Source of the DNA: Patescibacteria group bacterium
GTDB taxonomy: Bacteria; Patescibacteriota; Patescibacteriia; GWA2-46-9
NCBI GenBank assembly: GCA_041675205.1
Contig: JBAYUF010000001.1
Coordinates: forward strand, 84,863-148,862
DNA: 64,000 bases
Direction of reading: 5' to 3'
Below are positions 8,616 through 20,234 of the stretch, piece by piece. The position numbers were made by a program, and so were the translations under genes. The notes under the pieces were generated by a model that ran no database searches, was not told the DNA's origin, and was given only the letters and a program-made list of their open reading frames with translations. Numbering within the stretch: the first letter of the stretch is position 1; every line of letters begins with the position of its first letter.

Positions 8616-10478
8616 TTACACTTGGTTTATAACGGGCAGCACCATTGGTCGACGACGAGTGGCGGCATACAGCATCTGTCCGACTTCGTTGCGAATCTTC
8701 TCATTGAGGTAGGATTCAATCGCTGGATTATCTGGTGTTGTTGCCTGGACAATCTTTTTCACTTTGTCCCTCACTCGGCCAACCAGTTGGGGTTGATCTT
8801 TCATGAATATAAAACCTCGAGAAATGATGTCTGGTTCACCAATAAGCGCATTAGTTTTTCTGTCGATGGTAACTATGACAACAAACATTCCTTCTTCAGC
8901 CATGGCTTGTCGTTCGCGAAGAACAACGCTAGAAACGTCACCAACCCCTAGGCCGTCGACAAAGACGTAGTCTGCGGGGACATGTCGCTTTGTTAGCGTT
9001 CCGCCATTCTTTGTGAATTCGATAATCTGTCCATTGTTGGCGATGAAAACATTTTTTGGATCAACCCCAGTTTGCACCGCTAACTCGCCTTGGGTCACAA
9101 GGCGGAAGTGATTGCCGTGCTGTGGAATGACATATTTGGGCTTGAGGAGTCGGTGCAGTAACTTCAGGTCTTCCTGCTTGGCGTGTCCGCCAGAGTGAAT
9201 GTCCATCATGGCGTTGTTGTAGACCTTGGCCCCACGGCGAACGAGGGAGTCCTGTAGTCGCTCGACCGTGCGCTCGTTTCCTGGAATGACCGATGAAGAA
9301 AATATGATGGTGTCACCTTTTCGTAAGGATACAATGCGATGCTCGTCACGAGCGATTCGCATAAGTGCAGAATTTTGCTGTCCCATAGCACCCGTGCATA
9401 TCACAATGAGTTTATTGTCTGGATAGCGACTAAATTCATCCTCTTCAATGAGAACACCCTTTGGTACCTTGAAGTATTTCAGGCGCTGCGCAATTTCGAC
9501 ATAGTTGTGAATACTGCGGCCGAGGAGCAACACTTTTTTCCCTAGGACGTTCGCAATGTCGATAACTTGCTGATGTCGGGTGAGGAGTGACGCAAAAGCC
9601 CCGATAATGACCCGACCTTCGGCTTTTCCAATGAGCTCTGCTAGATTTTCTCCAACCTCTTTTTCTGATATTTGGTATCCAGGTGAACTTGCGTTTGTGC
9701 TGTCTGGCATGAGCGCGAGAATACCTCGGTGGCCAAGGTCAGCGAGACGAGCGATATCGGCCGGTCGTTCATCAACCGGTGTGTAGTCAAATTTAAAGTC
9801 ACCAGTGTGGGCGACGGTACCAACTGGTGTGTGAATAGCCACACCGAAAGCATCGGTAATGTTGTGGTTTACGTGGAACGGCTCAACGACGAAGTGTTTT
9901 CCAATCGGCAATTTCTTTGTTGAGTCTACTTTAATGAGCTTTAATTTTGAGGCGCGCGGGAATTCATCTTGGCGACGTTGAATTATGCCCAGCGTTAAGG
10001 GGGCAGAATAAATTGGTGGGTTGCCAATCTTTTGAATGAGATACGGTATGGCACCCATGTGGTCCATGTGCCCGTGCGTGATAATGACTGCGCGGATTCG
10101 TTTTTCTTTCCCCTTGAGGTAGTCAAGATTGGGGATTATGAAATCGATGCCAGGCATGTCTTCTTCTGGAAACTGAATCCCCATGTCGACGATAATAATA
10201 TCGTCAGCATATTCGAAGATGCAGCAATTTCGGCCGATCTCTTCAAGTCCACCAATGGGAATAATACGAAGTGTGCCACGGGCAACTTCAGACTCCACGG
10301 CTGGTGTTGTTGGCTTCGGTTGAGTAACGGAAACTGGTGTTGCGACGCGTTTTACGTTCGCGGGAGTGGCCGTTGTTTTATTGATAGACGGCTGCTTGTC
10401 ATTGGGTCGTTCGTTGCTGCGGAAGCGATGATGCCCCTGGCCACGTGGTGGCCGACTACTAAAGCGGGACTGTTCCAT
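8616..10478 (-). CDS. rnj: Ribonuclease J
   Basis: GGLEEIGRN, THGHMDHMG, HTGDFKFD, HSGGHA motifs; disordered N-terminal extension. Confidence 0.96.
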   Translation of the reverse strand: MEQSRFSSRPPRGQGHHRFRSNERPNDKQPSINKTTATPANVKRVATPVSVTQPKPTTPAVESEVARGTLRIIPIGGLEEIGRNCCIFEYADDIIIVDMGIQFPEEDMPGIDFIIPNLDYLKGKEKRIRAVIITHGHMDHMGAIPYLIQKIGNPPIYSAPLTLGIIQRRQDEFPRASKLKLIKVDSTKKLPIGKHFVVEPFHVNHNITDAFGVAIHTPVGTVAHTGDFKFDYTPVDERPADIARLADLGHRGILALMPDSTNASSPGYQISEKEVGENLAELIGKAEGRVIIGAFASLLTRHQQVIDIANVLGKKVLLLGRSIHNYVEIAQRLKYFKVPKGVLIEEDEFSRYPDNKLIVICTGAMGQQNSALMRIARDEHRIVSLRKGDTIIFSSSVIPGNERTVERLQDSLVRRGAKVYNNAMMDIHSGGHAKQEDLKLLHRLLKPKYVIPQHGNHFRLVTQGELAVQTGVDPKNVFIANNGQIIEFTKNGGTLTKRHVPADYVFVDGLGVGDVSSVVLRERQAMAEEGMFVVIVTIDRKTNALIGEPDIISRGFIFMKDQPQLVGRVRDKVKKIVQATTPDNPAIESYLNEKIRNEVGQMLYAATRRRPMVLPVINQV

Positions 10479-10607
10479 GTATTTTTGCTGCGGTCATACC
10501 AAAGATTTGGTAGAGCCGACGGTTGTGGTAACGGTGAATAAAAAAACTGCGTTAACTTTCTAGTAATTGTGGTTGTTGACGATTCAGTACTGCTGTAGTC
10601 AACACCA

Positions 10608-10694
10608 TGGTGCCCTGGGAGGGACTCGAACCCTCAATCTCTTGCGAGAACTAGCTCCTGAAGCTAGCGCGTATACCAATTCCACCACCAGGGC
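10608..10694 (-). tRNA. tRNA-Leu(CAG), CCA encoded
   Basis: CTAGC-TTCAGGA-GCTAG anticodon arm and long variable arm. Confidence 0.95.
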
Positions 10695-10883
10695 AAGTGA
10701 GCGGGGGTGTTTTGTCGATGGCATTGTTCGATACGGCTTCGTTCGACGAGTAGTGCTCGAATGAAGCTGCGTATATCTACCGTAAGGGTACAACGTACAA
10801 CGTAGTGCTAATCTTTTAAAGATGAGCAGTTTTGTTCTGCGTTCTACTGATTCATTTTATAGCGTAGCATCTAACGAGCTCTA

Positions 10884-10912
10884 TTTGTACCACGACTTTT
10901 CAGTTATGTCAA
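10884..10912 (-). promoter_or_regulatory. Putative sigma70 promoter upstream of tRNA-Leu(CAG)/rnj
   Basis: TTGACA-17 bp (ending TGG)-TACAAA on the minus strand. Confidence 0.45.
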
Positions 10913-10918
10913 GAAATA

Positions 10919-12658
10919 TTAACGAGAAAAAGCTCGTTTCGTTTCGATATACCACGTGTTCAGTGTTGTAAATCGATCAGCCGGTATGGCCAGTTTTGGA
11001 ATGCTAACGCCGTGTATCTCGTGACTGATAAGATATTGGCGGATGGGTGAGTATAAGAATATGGCCGGTGTCTCGTCGCTAATTATTTTTCGTAGCGCCG
11101 TGAACAGCTCCTCCCTTGCCGCAGTGTCTTCTGAGCGACGAATGCGATCAATGAGTGTGTCGGCATCAGCATTTTCAAAGAGTGACAAGTTGAGTCCGGG
11201 ATCGTTTTTTTGCGACGAATGCCAGAAGGGATAAGGGTCAACAGTGGCAGCGTAAACAATAGTGTAAAGGAGTGCGTCATACGCACGTGGTCTGAGCACT
11301 GTATCGCGGACGTGGTCGGCGGTTGCTGGGGCAATGATGTTGATTTTAACGTCTACGCCAATCGTTCTCCAAGATTGTTGAATGAACTGGGCAACGTCGC
11401 GATCAGGTTGGCGATCTATGGCGGTGAGCGTGACACTGAGCGGCGTGCCTTGGCGATCTGAACGAAGGGTGTCGTTTACTTTCCAACCCGCACTGTCGAG
11501 CAAAGCTGCTGCCTGTGTTCTCTCAACTGTGCCTGTATCCGCCGCTTGTTTCGTACCCATGACATTTGTTGGAAATGGACCACGACTAACGTTTGCCTCG
11601 CCAACGATAGTACTTAGCACCAGTGCTCGGCGGTCAATTGCTAAATTTAGTGCTTCACGTACTCGCCCGTCGGCCAGTGGCCCTTTTTGACTGGTATTAA
11701 AAAAAACAGCAGTTATCGCAGGTAGCTGCATATCATAGCGGTTGAAACCTCGGCTTGTTTTGGCCAAAAGTTCAGCGTCACTGTTCGCTATCATAGCCAG
11801 GCCGTCGACCGTACGACTTTGCAGGGCGTCGAGCGCTGAAGTTTCGTCTGGATAGAATTTAAACGTCAGTCGTTCGATGTAGCCAGATTGATTGGTATTT
11901 TCGGTCGGCACGAATGAATAACTTCGCGTTGTTCCGTCACTATCTTTTGCCAATGAAGAAAATTGCCATGGACCACTGCCGATGGGTCGACTGTTGAAAT
12001 CGGATTGACGTACTTGATCGGTCGGTATTTCTTCCCAAATATGTTTTGGAATTATGCCAACGGTGAGGATTTCTAAAAACGCGGGGTACGGTTCGGGGAG
12101 AGTAAATCGAATTGTTTTATCATCGACTCGCTCTACGACAACCCCTTGAAGTGTCTGTGCCAACGGACTGCGTAGCGCCGGGTCTGTAAGTCGTTCGAAT
12201 GTAAAGACCACGTCGTCAATGGTGACCGGTTCGCCATCATGCCAAATAGCTGTTTGCTTAATAGTGATGGTGTATGTTTTTTCATTGTCCATTGAAATCG
12301 TATCCGCTAAGTCTGGCACTGGCTTTAGGGCAGCGTTGTAACGGAAGAGCCCCGAGAAGAGTAGTCGGGTTAAATCGGTATCAATAGCAGATGTTTGGGC
12401 CAGCAAAGGGTTAAGGTACGTTGGTTGGCCAATCAATCCTTCGCGATAGGTTCCACCAGTTTGTGGTGCGAGCGCGAGGTGTGTATTAAGTTGATTAACA
12501 CTAATCCAAATGCTCGAGACAGTAATTAATGTTAGACAGGTCGCAATAATGCGCCGCTCTTTTTTTGAAAATAAAGTTGTCGAATATAATAATTGCTGGC
12601 TACTCGGTAGCCAGGTTTTCACTCGCTTAATAAAACGAAGAATGGCGCCGTCGTTCAT
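10919..12658 (-). CDS. Membrane-anchored ABC substrate-binding protein, family 5 (OppA/DppA-like)
   Basis: GGTYREG, LNPL, PDLA, WHDGEPVTIDDVVFTF, PIGSGPW, VREALNLAIDR. Confidence 0.9.
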   Translation of the reverse strand: MNDGAILRFIKRVKTWLPSSQQLLYSTTLFSKKERRIIATCLTLITVSSIWISVNQLNTHLALAPQTGGTYREGLIGQPTYLNPLLAQTSAIDTDLTRLLFSGLFRYNAALKPVPDLADTISMDNEKTYTITIKQTAIWHDGEPVTIDDVVFTFERLTDPALRSPLAQTLQGVVVERVDDKTIRFTLPEPYPAFLEILTVGIIPKHIWEEIPTDQVRQSDFNSRPIGSGPWQFSSLAKDSDGTTRSYSFVPTENTNQSGYIERLTFKFYPDETSALDALQSRTVDGLAMIANSDAELLAKTSRGFNRYDMQLPAITAVFFNTSQKGPLADGRVREALNLAIDRRALVLSTIVGEANVSRGPFPTNVMGTKQAADTGTVERTQAAALLDSAGWKVNDTLRSDRQGTPLSVTLTAIDRQPDRDVAQFIQQSWRTIGVDVKINIIAPATADHVRDTVLRPRAYDALLYTIVYAATVDPYPFWHSSQKNDPGLNLSLFENADADTLIDRIRRSEDTAAREELFTALRKIISDETPAIFLYSPIRQYLISHEIHGVSIPKLAIPADRFTTLNTWYIETKRAFSR

Positions 12659-12723
12659 GATTGAGATCGCTAGTAGTTCTCAGTGAGTAAGCTGGCATGC
12701 GCCAGCACATCACTCCAGCGTCA

Positions 12724-12960
12724 TTAAAGAAGAACGCGAGCTAATGATACAGCAGCGAAAAGTATGCCGAGCGTAACCGTTACCCGGAAGAGTGAACGCT
12801 CGATGCCACGCTTGGCATAGGAGATGCCACCACTGTTGCCACCAAACGCACCACCAACATCACTACCACGTCGTTGCAAGAGAACGACGATTACTAAAAG
12901 TACAGCCAATATAATTTGGGCGTACGGGAGAAAAGGAAGAATTAATTCTACGTTTGCCAT
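12724..12960 (-). CDS. secG: Preprotein translocase subunit SecG
   Basis: Two TMs flanking VLLQRRGSDVGGAFGG...KRGIE. Confidence 0.9.
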   Translation of the reverse strand: MANVELILPFLPYAQIILAVLLVIVVLLQRRGSDVGGAFGGNSGGISYAKRGIERSLFRVTVTLGILFAAVSLARVLL

Positions 12961-13305
12961 AGCTGCGTATGATAATTGGTATAGGTAATAGAATGAAGAA
13001 GTAGCAAGAATAGGCGTATACTATATCAGGGAATCACTCAGGGGTCAAAACGTTGCTTGCGTATTTTTAAGAGTCCTCGGGTGCCGCTTCCGGTTACTTT
13101 CATGCGCGGTGACTGTTTCCGCTGACGAGTTTTTTGTTTTTTCTCGACAGACCGAACAGTCGGATGGTCGAGATCGTAATCATGCAGTGGTCGCTCAAGC
13201 ATAACAGTAGACAGTGTGCCAGTTTGGTGGTACAGTTGGCAACTGTTTCAGGTTCCGTTTGTTGCTACGAATTCTTTTAACCAAGCCTTTCACTTGGTGC
13301 GTCCT

Positions 13306-13989
13306 ATGGATCAGCATTCGCAAGCAGTACCGAAGCGGTGGCGGCATTGGTTGGCGCTCATCGTTATAGTTGGCGTTTTTATAGGAGCACTGTTGCTTCG
13401 ATTATTTGGTTCGGGCGATACCTTGCCGTCCAGGTCTGGATTTACCGTTGGAACTGTTCCGACCAACAGTACGGGCGCTGGGTCGCTAACTCGCTCAAGT
13501 AATCCCACCCTTGGACCAATTGATGCCCCCGTTCAAATAATTGAATTTTCAGATTTTGAGTGCCCGTTTTGTCAGCAGTCTTATTCCGCTATTCGAACGT
13601 TGGCGTTGCGCTACCCAGAAAAAGTGCGCGTCGTTTACCGACACTTCCCCGTGGCGTCTATTCATCCAAACGCGGTAGCTGTGGCTGAAGCCGCTCAGTG
13701 TGCTGCAGCGCAGGGAAAATTTTGGCCGTATCACGATCGATTATTTCAGAATCAATCCGCTATGACGAAAGTTCATCTCATACGGTATGCCAGTCAGGTG
13801 GGTTTGAGCGAACAGCAATTTTTAACCTGTATTGAAACAAGAGCGCAGCAGGTAGTAGTGGAAGAAGATTTGGCTGATGGCGTACGCCTTGGGGTGCGTG
13901 GTACCCCGACGTGGTTTATAAATGGTGAAAAAATAGAGGGTGCGCTGACGCTCGAAGGACTTACGGGCGTGGTTGAGCAGTTTAAGTAA
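13306..13989 (+). CDS. Membrane-anchored DsbA/BdbD-like thiol-disulfide oxidoreductase
   Basis: N-terminal TM, EFSDFECPFC, YRHFP, GKFWPYHDRLF, GVRGTPTWFING; start chosen at MDQHSQ. Confidence 0.9.
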   Translation: MDQHSQAVPKRWRHWLALIVIVGVFIGALLLRLFGSGDTLPSRSGFTVGTVPTNSTGAGSLTRSSNPTLGPIDAPVQIIEFSDFECPFCQQSYSAIRTLALRYPEKVRVVYRHFPVASIHPNAVAVAEAAQCAAAQGKFWPYHDRLFQNQSAMTKVHLIRYASQVGLSEQQFLTCIETRAQQVVVEEDLADGVRLGVRGTPTWFINGEKIEGALTLEGLTGVVEQFK

Positions 13990-13991
13990 GT

Positions 13992-14990
13992 ATGAAGCGT
14001 TTTTTTCTAACAAGTAGTCTTTCTGTTGCCATGCTGATGCCGCAGCTGGTAAGGGCAATTGAATTTGTGCCATCAATATCAATTCCTGGAGTCGCTACAG
14101 CTGGCGAAAAAATTACCATTACGGGCAGTACTTTTGGTGAGTATATTGTCGGTCTATACAGTACGTCGCTGTCCGTTGGTGCGATTCTTTCCACGATTGT
14201 TTTACTCGTAGCTGGTTTTATATGGCTGACAGCGGCCGGGAATGTTGGTCAAATCGAAACAGCCAAAGATGTCGCCGGTGGAGCTGTGTCAGGTTTAGCC
14301 TTACTTTTATTGTCGTGGGTATTACTCAACACCATTAATCCTAATTTGGTTAATTTTAAAACCCTCGATATTGAATCAATTGTTGAACGGCCACTTTTTG
14401 ACTCACAAACAACATATTGTTGTTTGTGTGGAGAAACAAACCCAACATGTTCTGATCGTGTTACCCCATCAAAGGGTGAATGTCGCTGTACTGATACGAG
14501 CCTTTCAAAACTGTACGTATCAGAAAGTGAATGTGCTGCTCTTGGAGTCGGCTGTCAGTACATTGCGCAAACGGAAGCTGTACAGCGGCAAAATGCTCTT
14601 TCAATTTGTCAAAAAGAAAATCCGAGTAAAACGTGTCGATTACATACTTCTTCAGCAACGTGTTCAAATGTGGCGGAATGCCAAGCTGACTTAATAAGTA
14701 GTGGACGTTCGGGGCCATGTACATTAGAGAATAGCTGCGCATCTACATATGCATGTAACAAGGCGTGGGATTGTAGTACCGCAACCCCGAAACTAATTGG
14801 ACCAGATGAGATGGGCTGGGCTGGTATAAGGGGGTGTTGCAGACCAGCCGGTCGCGACGGTGATGCGTGTGGTGATGACGGATTAATAGATACTGCAAAT
14901 GATGATTGTGCTTCTGGCTACCATTGTGTAGCTCCGGATACTCACTATGGGCCAGCTTTTGAAGTCGGTGTCTGTCGTCCGAACACGTAA
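13992..14990 (+). CDS. T4SS-type (TrbC/VirB2-like) pilin domain fused to a Cys-rich extracellular domain
   Basis: Signal peptide, then two TMs ...[14 protein letters not shown]...[23 protein letters not shown], then more than 20 Cys. Confidence 0.7.
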   Translation: MKRFFLTSSLSVAMLMPQLVRAIEFVPSISIPGVATAGEKITITGSTFGEYIVGLYSTSLSVGAILSTIVLLVAGFIWLTAAGNVGQIETAKDVAGGAVSGLALLLLSWVLLNTINPNLVNFKTLDIESIVERPLFDSQTTYCCLCGETNPTCSDRVTPSKGECRCTDTSLSKLYVSESECAALGVGCQYIAQTEAVQRQNALSICQKENPSKTCRLHTSSATCSNVAECQADLISSGRSGPCTLENSCASTYACNKAWDCSTATPKLIGPDEMGWAGIRGCCRPAGRDGDACGDDGLIDTANDDCASGYHCVAPDTHYGPAFEVGVCRPNT

Positions 14991-14995
14991 TAATT

Positions 14996-17794
14996 ATGCC
15001 AACTGAAATTGTTGTAAAGGGCGCCCGCGTCCACAATTTAAAGAACATTGACGTCACTATTCCTCGAGACAAGCTGGTGGTTATTACTGGTTTGTCTGGT
15101 TCAGGAAAGTCATCATTGGCGTTTGACACAATCTACGCTGAAGGTCAGCGACGGTACGTTGAATCTTTGTCGGCGTACGCCCGACAATTTTTGGGGCTCA
15201 TGGATAAGCCAGACGTTGACCAGATTGACGGATTGTCACCAGCAATCTCTATTGACCAAAAGTCAGTTTCCCGGAATCCGCGCTCTACTGTCGGCACTGT
15301 AACGGAGATCTATGATTATCTGCGTTTACTTTTTGCTCGCATCGGTCAACCACACTGTCCAAAGTGTGGCCGTGAAATTAGTCCGCAAACTGTGCCACAA
15401 ATTGTTGAACGTATTTTAAAACTGAAAACCGGCCTTTTCTTAATACTGGCCCCGCTGGTGCGTGACCAGAAAGGTGAACACAAACGACTGCTTGATGAGG
15501 TTGAGAAAGCGGGCTACGCCCGAGTTCGCTATGACAAGCTTCTTTATACAATTGCGGAAGCGCGCGAGTTAGCCATTGATAAACAAAAGAAACATAGTCT
15601 GGAAGTTGTTATTGATAGACTTGAGGTGCATGAATCGGTGAGTGCCGAGCTTAAAACAAGACTTCGTGAGGCGCTTGAGCAAGCGCTGGATCTCGGCAAC
15701 GGGCTCGTCATTATTCATGAAACCGTGAATGAAACAGACCACCTTTTCAGCCAGCATTTGGCCTGTGCGCACTGTGGTCTGGATATACCACAATTAGAGC
15801 CAAGGAACTTCTCATTCAATAGCCCGCATGGTGCCTGTCCGACGTGTACGGGCCTTGGAACGAAACAAGAGATTGATCCAACCCTGGTTATGCCTAATCA
15901 GCGGTTGTCGATTGCGGAAGGAGCGGTTCGTCCATGGTCGCGTTCAGCGGCCAGTCAGTATTGGCATATGACCAAGCTTGAGGATGTCGCTCGCCGGCGA
16001 AAATTTTCTCTTACCGTGCCAGTGAGCGAGATGCGACAGCAAGATATAGATTTGGCTTTGTACGGCGATCCAGAAAATGATTTCGAAGGCGTTATACCGT
16101 TTCTCGAGCGACGGTATCAAGAGACGGATTCTGACTATTTCCGAAATGAGATTGAGGCGTACATGCGCATTACCCCTTGCCCGGTTTGCCGCGGACAACG
16201 ACTGAAACCAGAAGCGTTGGCCGTAACGGTTGCGGGTCAGTCTATTGCGGAGATAACGGGGCTCACCATTAAAGCGGCTCAGGCGTTTTTTGTTACCTTA
16301 GCCGCCCCAAACAGTTCATTTACCAAAAAAGAAAAAGAGATTGGTCGGCAGATTTTTAGAGAAATAAGCGCCAGACTCACTTTTCTTGTTGATGTTGGGT
16401 TGCCGTATCTCACCCTGCATCGGTCAGCCACTACGCTTTCCGGTGGTGAAGCGCAACGTATTCGATTAGCCACTCAAATCGGTTCGTCTCTCGTTGGCGT
16501 TGTGTACATACTTGACGAGCCATCAATTGGTTTACATCAACGAGATAATGCGCGACTCATTACCACCCTCAAAGCACTTCGAGATATGGGTAACACGGTG
16601 CTCGTTGTCGAACATGACGAAGAGACGATGCGCGCGGCTGATCACCTCATTGATATTGGGCCGGGAGCTGGAAAGCATGGTGGTGAGCTCGTTGCCCAAG
16701 GTACACCAGCGGCCGTTGCCAAGAATCCTAAGTCGCTGACGGGTCAGTACTTGTCTGGGAAGAAACGTATTGCCGTTCCGAAACGGTATCGGACAGGGTC
16801 TGGGGCGGCCATTGAAATTATTGGTGCCACTGAGCACAACTTGAAGAATATTGATGTCACTATTCCACTCGCTAAGTTTGTGGTCGTTTCTGGTGTGTCG
16901 GGTTCAGGGAAATCAACATTGATTACCGATATTCTTTCTAAGACCCTTGCCCAGCGTTTTTACGGAGCGAAAGATTCACCTGGTTCGTATAAAGAAATGA
17001 AGGGGCTTGAGCTGTTAGACAAAGTCATTACCATCGACCAGTCGCCGATCGGTCGAACGCCGCGGTCAAACCCTGCTACATATGTTGGTTTGTTTACCCC
17101 CATTCGTGATTTATTTGCCAACCTGCCTGAATCAAAGATTCGGGGGTATCAACCTGGTCGATTTAGCTTCAATGTGAAGGGTGGGCGTTGCGAAGCCTGT
17201 CAGGGCGAAGGTCAGGTGGCGATTGAAATGCAGTTTCTGGCTGATGTCTACGTTGATTGTGACGAGTGTCACGGAACACGGTATAACGCGTCAGCATTAG
17301 AGATTCATTATCGAGGAAAACACATCGCTGAAATCTTGAATATGACCGTCGAAGAAGCGCGATTATTTTTTACCAATATCCCATCTATTCGCATTAAGCT
17401 TGATACGCTTTTTGATGTTGGGCTTGGCTACCTTCGACTTGGACAACCAGCCACAACGCTTTCCGGCGGAGAAGCGCAACGGGTTAAATTGGCAACGGAG
17501 TTATCTCGCCGTGCCACAGGGAAAACACTCTACATATTAGATGAGCCAACAACGGGATTGCACTTCGAAGATATCAAGCATCTGCTCGACGTGCTGCAGC
17601 GGCTGGTTGATAAAGGAAACACTGTGCTGGTGATTGAGCACAACCTGGACGTGATTAAGTGTGCCGACTGGGTTATTGACCTTGGTCCAGAAGGAGGGGA
17701 CCAGGGGGGTGAGATTGTGGCAATTGGTACGCCAAAAGACATTGTTAAGGTGAAGCGGAGTTATACCGGACAGTTTTTGAAAAGCCTTGTGTAA
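14996..17794 (+). CDS. uvrA: Excinuclease ABC subunit A
   Basis: Two ABC domains ([18 protein letters not shown]), LSGGEAQR twice, Zn fingers. Confidence 0.98.
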   Translation: MPTEIVVKGARVHNLKNIDVTIPRDKLVVITGLSGSGKSSLAFDTIYAEGQRRYVESLSAYARQFLGLMDKPDVDQIDGLSPAISIDQKSVSRNPRSTVGTVTEIYDYLRLLFARIGQPHCPKCGREISPQTVPQIVERILKLKTGLFLILAPLVRDQKGEHKRLLDEVEKAGYARVRYDKLLYTIAEARELAIDKQKKHSLEVVIDRLEVHESVSAELKTRLREALEQALDLGNGLVIIHETVNETDHLFSQHLACAHCGLDIPQLEPRNFSFNSPHGACPTCTGLGTKQEIDPTLVMPNQRLSIAEGAVRPWSRSAASQYWHMTKLEDVARRRKFSLTVPVSEMRQQDIDLALYGDPENDFEGVIPFLERRYQETDSDYFRNEIEAYMRITPCPVCRGQRLKPEALAVTVAGQSIAEITGLTIKAAQAFFVTLAAPNSSFTKKEKEIGRQIFREISARLTFLVDVGLPYLTLHRSATTLSGGEAQRIRLATQIGSSLVGVVYILDEPSIGLHQRDNARLITTLKALRDMGNTVLVVEHDEETMRAADHLIDIGPGAGKHGGELVAQGTPAAVAKNPKSLTGQYLSGKKRIAVPKRYRTGSGAAIEIIGATEHNLKNIDVTIPLAKFVVVSGVSGSGKSTLITDILSKTLAQRFYGAKDSPGSYKEMKGLELLDKVITIDQSPIGRTPRSNPATYVGLFTPIRDLFANLPESKIRGYQPGRFSFNVKGGRCEACQGEGQVAIEMQFLADVYVDCDECHGTRYNASALEIHYRGKHIAEILNMTVEEARLFFTNIPSIRIKLDTLFDVGLGYLRLGQPATTLSGGEAQRVKLATELSRRATGKTLYILDEPTTGLHFEDIKHLLDVLQRLVDKGNTVLVIEHNLDVIKCADWVIDLGPEGGDQGGEIVAIGTPKDIVKVKRSYTGQFLKSLV

Positions 17795-17801
17795 AGACTC
17801 T

Positions 17802-20231
17802 ATGTCACAACCGTATAATCATCGGGCAATTGAAAAGAAGTGGCAGGAACAGTGGGACGAAAAGGCCACCTTTAAAGTTGTTGAAGAGAAAAACCGGAAG
17901 AAGAGTTACCTGCTCGTAGAATTTCCTTACCCTTCCGCAGAAGGGTTACACGTTGGGCACCCGCGAAGTTACACCGCGATGGATGTGCTGGCTCGTAAAC
18001 GACGGGCACAAGGTGAGTTAGTACTTTTTCCAATGGGATTTGACTCGTTTGGTTTGCCGGCAGAAAATTATGCCATTAAAACTGGGCAGCACCCGGCGGT
18101 TATTACAAAAAAGAACATTGAGAATTTTCGGCGGCAGTTAAAAAGTCTGGGGTACTCGTTTGATTGGTCTCGGGAAGTTATTACCTCCGACCCCTCGTAC
18201 TATCGCTGGACACAGTGGATTTTTTTAAAGCTGTATGAGCGTGGGTTAGCGTACAAAGCAAAAAAAGCTATCAATTGGTGTCCGTCCTGTAAAATTGGGT
18301 TGGCACACGAGGAAGTCATAAATGGCAAATGTGAACGGTGCGGCACTGAGGTTCTACAGCGGGAAAAAGAGCAGTGGATGTTAAAGATTACTGCATATGC
18401 TGATAGGCTACTCGACGATCTAGACACCGTTGATTACTCATCACGCATTAAGATACAACAACAAAATTGGATTGGTCGTAGCGTAGGCACCCAATTTAGT
18501 TTTCGGTTGCGAGGAGTTACTGGTCAGGAAGATGATAAGCATGAGGTTCGTGTATTTACGACTCGACTCGATACTTTGTATGGGGTCACGTTTATAGTCG
18601 TGTCTCCCGAGGTTGCATCATTTTGGATGGATATAGGCTGGCAAGCGAGGGACGAAGTGCGAGACTATGTTTCAAAGAGTTTGGCAAAGCGTGAATTGGA
18701 ACGAACAGAAGCAAAAGATAAAACAGGTGTTGACGCTGGCATTCGGGCGGTACACCCATTGACCGGAGAAGAACTGCCCGTGTGGGTGGCTGATTACGTC
18801 CTTGGTGCGTACGGCACAGGGGCTATTATGGCAGTACCGGCGCATGATGAACGAGACGCGGCGTTTGCTGAAAAATTTCATTTGCCAGTTCGTCGTGTGC
18901 TCGTTAGTGATGCGGCCGCAGGTTTATGGACAGGGGAGAGTGTATTGGAAAATTCAGATAAATTTACTGGCATGACCTCCGCGGATGCTCGCCGCGCCAT
19001 TGCCACAAAAATTGGCGCCGAAGAAAAAACACAATATAAACTGAGAGATTGGGTTTTTTCACGACAGCGGTACTGGGGTGAGCCTATTCCAATGATACTG
19101 TGCCAGGGTTGTGGTTGGGTAGCAGTGCCCGAAGCGCAGTTGCCAGTTGAGCTTCCGAATGTAGAGCGATATCAGCCAACTGACAGTGGTGAATCACCAC
19201 TGGCCGCTATTACCGATTGGGTTCAAACGATTTGCCCCACCTGCGGCGGCTCGGCAGAGCGTGAGACTGACACCATGCCGAACTGGGCGGGTAGTTCTTG
19301 GTACTTCTTACGATATGCAGATCCAAAAAATACTACCGAGCTTGCCGCACTGGATAAGCTGGCCTATTGGACTCCGGTTGATTGGTACAACGGGGGAATG
19401 GAACATACGACGTTACATCTTTTGTATTCTCGTTTTTGGCATAAGTTTCTTTATGACCTTGGGTTGGTACCAACAGCAGAACCGTATGCGAAGCGTACGT
19501 CGCACGGTATGATTTTGGCTGAAGACGGGCAGAAGATGTCGAAGTCGCGCGGTAACGTGGTTAACCCTGACGAAGTGGTAGATGCTTTCGGTGCGGATAC
19601 GTTGCGGGTGTACGAAATGTTCATGGGACCATTTGAAGATGCTATACCGTGGAGCACAAAAAGCATGGGCGGCGTTCGCCGTTTTCTAGAACGCGTATGG
19701 AAGTTTGGTCAACAATTGCAGGATAGGTCGGTTGGTAGTGGAGAAGCACAGACAACAATACTGCGTCATGAAACAGCGCAAGCAGTTAAAAAGGTGACTG
19801 ATGACATTGAACAATTTCGTTTCAATACTGCGCTCTCTGGAATCATGGAATTTTTGAATGCGTTCACAGAGCAGAAGACTAGCAGTCGAGATGAACTCAT
19901 AGAACCGTTTAAAACATTGCTGGTTCTTTTGCAACCGTTTGCCCCACATGTGACGGCAGAGCTTTGGCAACAAATCGGTTCCGCTGGGTTCATCTGGGAA
20001 GCGCCGTGGCCAACGTATGATGAAGCAGATTTAGTGACCGACGAAGTCACCGTCGCCGTGCAAGTGAATGGGAAATTGAGAGGTACGATTATTATTGGTC
20101 GAGAACTTGATGAGCAGGCACTTTTGACCGCGGCTATGGCGCATCCAAATGTTTCCGTATGGTTATCTGGTAAAGCCATACGAAAGACAATCGTGCGCCC
20201 AGGTGCACTGGTGAACTTCGTTCTTGAGTAA
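17802..20231 (+). CDS. leuS: Leucine--tRNA ligase
   Basis: FPYPS..GLHVGH, KMSKS, editing domain GTGAIMAVPAHDERD. Confidence 0.97.
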   Translation: MSQPYNHRAIEKKWQEQWDEKATFKVVEEKNRKKSYLLVEFPYPSAEGLHVGHPRSYTAMDVLARKRRAQGELVLFPMGFDSFGLPAENYAIKTGQHPAVITKKNIENFRRQLKSLGYSFDWSREVITSDPSYYRWTQWIFLKLYERGLAYKAKKAINWCPSCKIGLAHEEVINGKCERCGTEVLQREKEQWMLKITAYADRLLDDLDTVDYSSRIKIQQQNWIGRSVGTQFSFRLRGVTGQEDDKHEVRVFTTRLDTLYGVTFIVVSPEVASFWMDIGWQARDEVRDYVSKSLAKRELERTEAKDKTGVDAGIRAVHPLTGEELPVWVADYVLGAYGTGAIMAVPAHDERDAAFAEKFHLPVRRVLVSDAAAGLWTGESVLENSDKFTGMTSADARRAIATKIGAEEKTQYKLRDWVFSRQRYWGEPIPMILCQGCGWVAVPEAQLPVELPNVERYQPTDSGESPLAAITDWVQTICPTCGGSAERETDTMPNWAGSSWYFLRYADPKNTTELAALDKLAYWTPVDWYNGGMEHTTLHLLYSRFWHKFLYDLGLVPTAEPYAKRTSHGMILAEDGQKMSKSRGNVVNPDEVVDAFGADTLRVYEMFMGPFEDAIPWSTKSMGGVRRFLERVWKFGQQLQDRSVGSGEAQTTILRHETAQAVKKVTDDIEQFRFNTALSGIMEFLNAFTEQKTSSRDELIEPFKTLLVLLQPFAPHVTAELWQQIGSAGFIWEAPWPTYDEADLVTDEVTVAVQVNGKLRGTIIIGRELDEQALLTAAMAHPNVSVWLSGKAIRKTIVRPGALVNFVLE

Positions 20232-20234
20232 GGT

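Noticed and set aside
10700-10880. Possible ncRNA in the long leader upstream of tRNA-Leu(CAG)
   Set aside because: No recognisable 6S/SRP/tmRNA/RNase P motifs; weak structure
13070-13200. Possible structured RNA between secG and dsbA
   Set aside because: Only one imperfect hairpin; no match to any RNA family I can recognise
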